This document shows positions 19,266 through 22,624 of a DNA stretch of 22,624 nt, piece by piece. The stretch's first letter is position 1, and every line of letters begins with the position of its first letter. A program made the position numbers and the translations under genes. The stretch lies in NCBI GenBank assembly GCA_038320275.1, contig JBBQEB010000053.1:1-22624 (forward strand), in the 5' to 3' direction. Under the pieces are notes generated by a model. The model had not been told where the DNA came from. It did no database searches and saw only the letters and a list, made by a program, of their open reading frames with translations. Origin of the DNA: Myxococcales bacterium. GTDB lineage: Bacteria > Myxococcota > Myxococcia > Myxococcales > Anaeromyxobacteraceae.

Positions 19266-20002
19266 CGTGGCGGTCCCCCGTCGAGGACGCGCAGGGTCGC
19301 GCCCTCCGGCAGCGGCCTCACTCCCGCGTCGGTGCGGATGCCCCGTCCGCCGTCAGGAAGGGTTCCCAGCTCCACCAGTTCCTTCCGCTCCACCTTGCGC
19401 TCCGATCCCGCGGGGCTGAGCCCCACCATGACCCCGTCGGCGAAGACCACCAGCCCTCCCGCCGCCTGAGGGTAGCGCTCGCGACACCCCGGGGCGTCAC
19501 GGAGCGTCCAGGCTTCCCCCGGCCGCGCCCCCGCGTCTCCCGCCACCTGCACCGCACCTCGCCGCTGGAAGCAGTCGCCCGCCTCCTCCTGGAACTTCGC
19601 GAGGCTCGTCCCGAGGGCGAGAGGTCCCGGCCGCGCCGACGCCCCGGGGCTCCCGCCTTCGCCGGTCGGCCCCGGCGGGTCCGGCCGGCTCGGCTCGCCC
19701 GGTTGGCTCTCGCCCGCCCTGGCGACCAGCTCCGCGCGGCGGGCGCGCTCCGCAGCGCGGTCGCGCCGCTCCCCGGCGATGCGCGCCTGGAGCTCCTGGG
19801 CCGCGGGGGCGTCCGGGCTCGCGGAGGGCACCGTCCGCAAGGCCGCCAGCACCTCCTCTGCCTGCCGTGACTCGGAGGCCTCGTCGCCGCGCTCGGCCAG
19901 GAGCGCGTTCCAGCGCTCGCGCGCCTCGGCGTACACGGGCGACGGCGCCGGCCGCGAGCAGCCGAGGAGCGCGGCGAGGAGGATGGGGGCGGTTCGGTGC
20001 AT
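19262..20002 (-). CDS. Putative lipoprotein
   Basis: Start at ATG 20002 gives [15 protein letters not shown], a lipobox-like signal. Helical N-domain, Pro linker, C-domain with two Cys. The stop overlaps the psd start (ATGA). Confidence 0.75.
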   Translation of the reverse strand: MHRTAPILLAALLGCSRPAPSPVYAEARERWNALLAERGDEASESRQAEEVLAALRTVPSASPDAPAAQELQARIAGERRDRAAERARRAELVARAGESQPGEPSRPDPPGPTGEGGSPGASARPGPLALGTSLAKFQEEAGDCFQRRGAVQVAGDAGARPGEAWTLRDAPGCRERYPQAAGGLVVFADGVMVGLSPAGSERKVERKELVELGTLPDGGRGIRTDAGVRPLPEGATLRVLDGGPPR

Positions 20003-20105
20003 CGGGCCCGAATGTAAGGCATTGACCCGGCGCGCGCGCCTTGTCAGGAGAGCTTCATGGCAGACGCCTCGCGAGCTCCTCGGGCCGCCGGGGAGGCCGG
20101 CTGAC

Positions 20106-20660
20106 ATGCGGGTGGGGCTCGTCTCCGACACGCACGGCTTTTTCGAGCCGAGGCTCACGCGGCTGTTCGAGGGCTGCGGGCTCATCCTTCACGCGGGCGA
20201 CATCGTGGGCCCTGCCATCCTGGAGGCGCTGGCCCGGATCGCGCCGGTGCGCGCGGTGCGGGGCAACAACGACGTCGGGAGCTCCTACGATGCGCTCCCC
20301 GAGCTCGTCCTGCTCAGTCTGGGCAGCGCGCCCACGCTGCTCGTCCACCAGATCGGCGGCCGCGCCCGGCTCTGCCCGCCCGTGAGGCGCGCCGTCGAGC
20401 GCCACCGCCCTCGACTCCTGGTCTACGGCCACTCCCACCGGCCGTTCGCGGGCGACAGGAACGGCCTGGTCTTCGTGAACCCTGGAAGCGCCGGCCCGCG
20501 CCGCTTCCGGCTGCCGCGGTCGGCCGCAACGCTGGAGGTGCAGGGCGGTGAGTGCGAGGTGCGGCTGCACGACGTCGATCGCGACGAGCTGCCGCTGCTC
20601 TCCCCGCCCCTCCGGTTCTCCGTGGTGTCGCACCCGCCCGCACCTCGGGAGCCGCTGTGA
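20106..20660 (+). CDS. Metallophosphoesterase (YfcE/Vps29-like calcineurin-type)
   Basis: ATG 20106 with upstream GGGAGG. Motifs VSDTHG, HAGDI, VRGNND, YGHSHRP and VNPGSAG. Confidence 0.93.
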   Translation: MRVGLVSDTHGFFEPRLTRLFEGCGLILHAGDIVGPAILEALARIAPVRAVRGNNDVGSSYDALPELVLLSLGSAPTLLVHQIGGRARLCPPVRRAVERHRPRLLVYGHSHRPFAGDRNGLVFVNPGSAGPRRFRLPRSAATLEVQGGECEVRLHDVDRDELPLLSPPLRFSVVSHPPAPREPL

Positions 20661-20675
20661 GGAGCTGACCCAAAT

Positions 20676-20703
20676 TTTACCTGTCCGCGGGCCCTGGTAG
20701 GCT
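20676..20703 (+). promoter_or_regulatory. Putative extended -10 promoter for the amidotransferase gene
   Basis: TTTACC (20676-20681)-N16-TAGGCT (20698-20703), preceded by TGn and lying 9 nt before ATG 20713. Confidence 0.5.
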
Positions 20704-20712
20704 CCGCGGACG

Positions 20713-21498
20713 ATGTGCCGCCTGTACGCCCAGCTCGACCCCGCCCCCCACGACCTCCAGGAACCGCTCCTCCTCGCCACGAACGCGGTGCGCGAGCAGT
20801 CGCACAGGCACCCGCACGGCTGGGGCCTCTCCTGGTACAGCGCGGGCGCGGTGGAGCTCCGGCACGGCCTCCTGCCCGCCCACGCCGACCCCGGTTTCGC
20901 CCGCGCAGCGCGCGAGGAGAGGACCGGCTTCTCCCTCTCTCACGTCCGCGACGCCAGCGTCGGCCCAGTGAGCGAGCCCAACACCCACCCCTTCGTCCAC
21001 GAGCGCTGGAGCTTCGCGCACAACGGCACCGTGGCCAGGTTCCGCGAGTCGGCGCGCGTGCGCGCAGCCATCGAGGCGGAGCTCCACCCCGCGCTTCGCG
21101 CAGCGCTCCGCGGCGACACCGACAGCGAGCGCTGCTTCATGCTCTTCCTGACGCTCCTCCAGGCCGCCGTTCCGGCCGGAGCCCAGCCTGGGATGGAAGA
21201 CCTGCGCTCCGCGCTCGCCCGCACGACCGAGCTCCTCATCGAGCTCGCCGACGCCGGCGCGGAGAAACCGTCCTCGTTCAACTTCATCGTCACCGACGGG
21301 CAGCTCCTCGCCGCCAGCCGTCGCAACCGCCCGCTCCACCTCTCCACCGGCGCCCGGGGCGCCCTCGCGCTCTCCAGCGAGCGCATCGGCGAAGGACCCT
21401 GGCGCGAGGTGCCCCAAGGCGGCTTCGTGGCCGCGGACCTGCAAGGCGAGCTGTACCAGGGCGAGCTGATGCCTGTTCGTCGAAGGTCGGCGGCGTAG
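20713..21498 (+). CDS. Class II glutamine amidotransferase / Ntn-hydrolase (YafJ/EgtC-like)
   Basis: N-terminal MC (nucleophile Cys2), HPHGWG, SHVR, NTHPF, FAHNG and GDTDSE. Confidence 0.93.
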   Translation: MCRLYAQLDPAPHDLQEPLLLATNAVREQSHRHPHGWGLSWYSAGAVELRHGLLPAHADPGFARAAREERTGFSLSHVRDASVGPVSEPNTHPFVHERWSFAHNGTVARFRESARVRAAIEAELHPALRAALRGDTDSERCFMLFLTLLQAAVPAGAQPGMEDLRSALARTTELLIELADAGAEKPSSFNFIVTDGQLLAASRRNRPLHLSTGARGALALSSERIGEGPWREVPQGGFVAADLQGELYQGELMPVRRRSAA

Positions 21499-21845
21499 CG
21501 GCGAGCTGGAGAAGCGGAGACCCGCTCGCCCTTCGACCTCGGCGCAAGCCGAGCGGAGACCGCGCGGCTCCGGTAGCGAACGCAAGCGAGAACGAGGCTC
21601 ACGCCAGGGTAAGCAGCGCCGGACCGGAGGTCGCCCAAGCTGCCTCGCGGAGCCGCGCACGCGATGACCCCGGCCGCGGCGGAGCGCCGTGCCTACCCCG
21701 GCTGCCGCGCTGCCGTCTGTCTGAGCGAGCGCCCTCACAACTGCCGGCGCGCCGCCGGAACTGCAAGCGAGCGAGTTACGGCAGCGCGGCGCGAGCGGAC
21801 CCCTTGCGCGCTCCGCCGCCATGCCTATCCCGGCGCGGCGGAGCG
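21479..21845. other. Highly self-complementary intergenic region (candidate structured RNA or REP/BIME-like cluster)
   Basis: Perfect inverted repeats at 21479-86/21530-37 (8 bp), 21538-43/21548-53 (GCAA loop), 21562-72/21648-58 (11 bp), 21676-87/21808-19 (12 bp), 21704-16/21778-90 (13 bp) and 21809-19/21835-45 (11 bp). Confidence 0.6.
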
Positions 21846-21850
21846 TCAGC

Positions 21851-21958
21851 GGCGACGGCGACCCCGGGCCGGCGCGGGCCGATCGCAGGCCCGTTCGCCC
21901 CTATTCCTGGCGACGGCGACCCCGGGCCGGCGCGGGCCGTTCGGAAGCCCGTTCGCCC
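21851..21958. repeat. Tandem direct repeat, 2 x 50 bp with 58-bp period
   Basis: 21851-21900 and 21909-21958 match at 47 of 50 positions (GGCGACGGCGACCCCGGGCCGGCGCGGGCCG-n7-GCCCGTTCGCCC). Confidence 0.9.
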
Positions 21959-22482
21959 TGCGACTCAGGCGCGGGCCGAGCGGAGACCCCTTTACCCAGC
22001 AGCCCCGCCAGCTCCGCGTGCCGCGCGCCCGTGCCTCGCACCTGCAGGTGGCGCGTCCCCGGGCGGACCGGATCGTGCGCCAGCCGGATCTCGAGCTGCT
22101 CCGACGGCAGCGCGCCCGGCACGAGGTCGGCCCACTCCACCAGGAGCGCGCCCTCTCCGCCCACCAGGTCGAAGAAGCCCGTCGCGTGCAGCTCGTCCTC
22201 GCCGCCCACCCGGTAGAGGTCCGCATGATGAAGCGGCACGCGCCCGTGGTAGGTCGCCACGATGGCGAAAGTCGGGCTCGCCACCTCGCCGTCCGGAACC
22301 CCCGCGCCGTGGCAGATCCCGCGCGCCAGCTGCGTCTTCCCCGCTCCCAGCTCGCCCACCAGCGCCACCACGTCACCCGGGAGGAGCGCCGCCCCCAGCC
22401 GCTCCCCCATCGCGAAGGTCGCGCGCGCGGAGCGGGAGGTCCGCGCCACCTCCCGCACCGGAAAGCCAGGGAGAGGGTCCAC
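21901..22482 (-). CDS. tsaE: tRNA threonylcarbamoyladenosine biosynthesis ATPase TsaE
   Basis: Motifs GELGAGKTQL (Walker A), ASPTF, HADLYR and VEWAD. GTG at 22482 overlaps the nnr stop (TAGTG); GTG 22503 is an alternative start. Confidence 0.95.
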   Translation of the reverse strand: MDPLPGFPVREVARTSRSARATFAMGERLGAALLPGDVVALVGELGAGKTQLARGICHGAGVPDGEVASPTFAIVATYHGRVPLHHADLYRVGGEDELHATGFFDLVGGEGALLVEWADLVPGALPSEQLEIRLAHDPVRPGTRHLQVRGTGARHAELAGLLGKGVSARPAPESQGERASERPAPARGRRRQE

Positions 22483-22624
22483 TACCGGTCCCAGCTCGCC
22501 CACACCTGGCCCAGCGCGTCCGCCAGATCGCCCGCGAGGAGCCCCCGCTCGCCCAGGTGCGCCGCGGCGCGATCGCCCGCCAGCCCGTGCACGTGCGCCC
22601 CCGCCCGCGCCGCGTCGAACGGAC
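22482..22624 (-). CDS. nnr: NAD(P)H-hydrate dehydratase/epimerase (YjeF), C-terminal fragment
   Basis: Not in the ORF track. Manual translation gives PFDAARAGAHVHGLAGDRAAAHLGERGLLAGDLADALGQVWASWDR*, matching the YjeF_C ending. The nnr-tsaE adjacency is well established. Confidence 0.88.
   Translation of the reverse strand, partial: PFDAARAGAHVHGLAGDRAAAHLGERGLLAGDLADALGQVWASWDR

Noticed and set aside
21600..21640. SRP RNA-like words (CCAGG...AAGCAGC)
   Set aside because: The GNRA-capped helix between CAGG and AGCAG required for SRP domain IV is absent.
21715..21780. Hammerhead-like core (CTGAGCGA...GGAAC) or tRNA-like cloverleaf
   Set aside because: It does not match CUGANGA/GAAA, and there is no T-loop (TTCRA) or D-loop consensus.
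21560..21845. Retron msr-msd (msDNA is known in myxobacteria and uses flanking inverted repeats)
   Set aside because: No reverse transcriptase lies beside it; both flanking genes are identified as other enzymes.
21851..21998. Possible CRISPR mini-array
   Set aside because: There are only two full 50-bp units separated by 8 bp, with no unique spacers of CRISPR length and no cas genes.
21821..22376. ORFs 21821..22216 (+) and 21846..22376 (-)
   Set aside because: They overlap tsaE antisense or out of frame and lack recognisable protein features.

Overview
Very GC-rich bacterial DNA. Gene content and protein style suggest Myxococcota, possibly Anaeromyxobacter-like; this is an inference, not a database result. 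Most of the window is a minus-strand housekeeping backbone, read right to left: nnr (partial), tsaE, then lipoprotein, psd, polytopic membrane protein, hisS, miaA, hisC, cmk, conserved hypothetical, then ispH, rpsA, sppA, HIT hydrolase, LapB-like TPR protein, then argS, SPOR protein, cupin. Three plus-strand units interrupt it. The first is a lower-GC orphan secreted protein ending in a Gly8 linker and an 8-Cys tail (3554-4162). The second is a PAS-PAS hybrid histidine kinase (10143-12089). The third is a metallophosphoesterase plus class II amidotransferase pair (20106-21498). The most unusual items are the Cys-rich orphan, a ~350-nt densely self-complementary intergenic region with mutually exclusive stems (about 21479-21845), a tandem duplication at the tsaE 3' end, a long rpsA leader without a Shine-Dalgarno site, and a recurring leaderless-promoter signature. 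I saw no CRISPR array, tRNA, rRNA, transposase or integrase.
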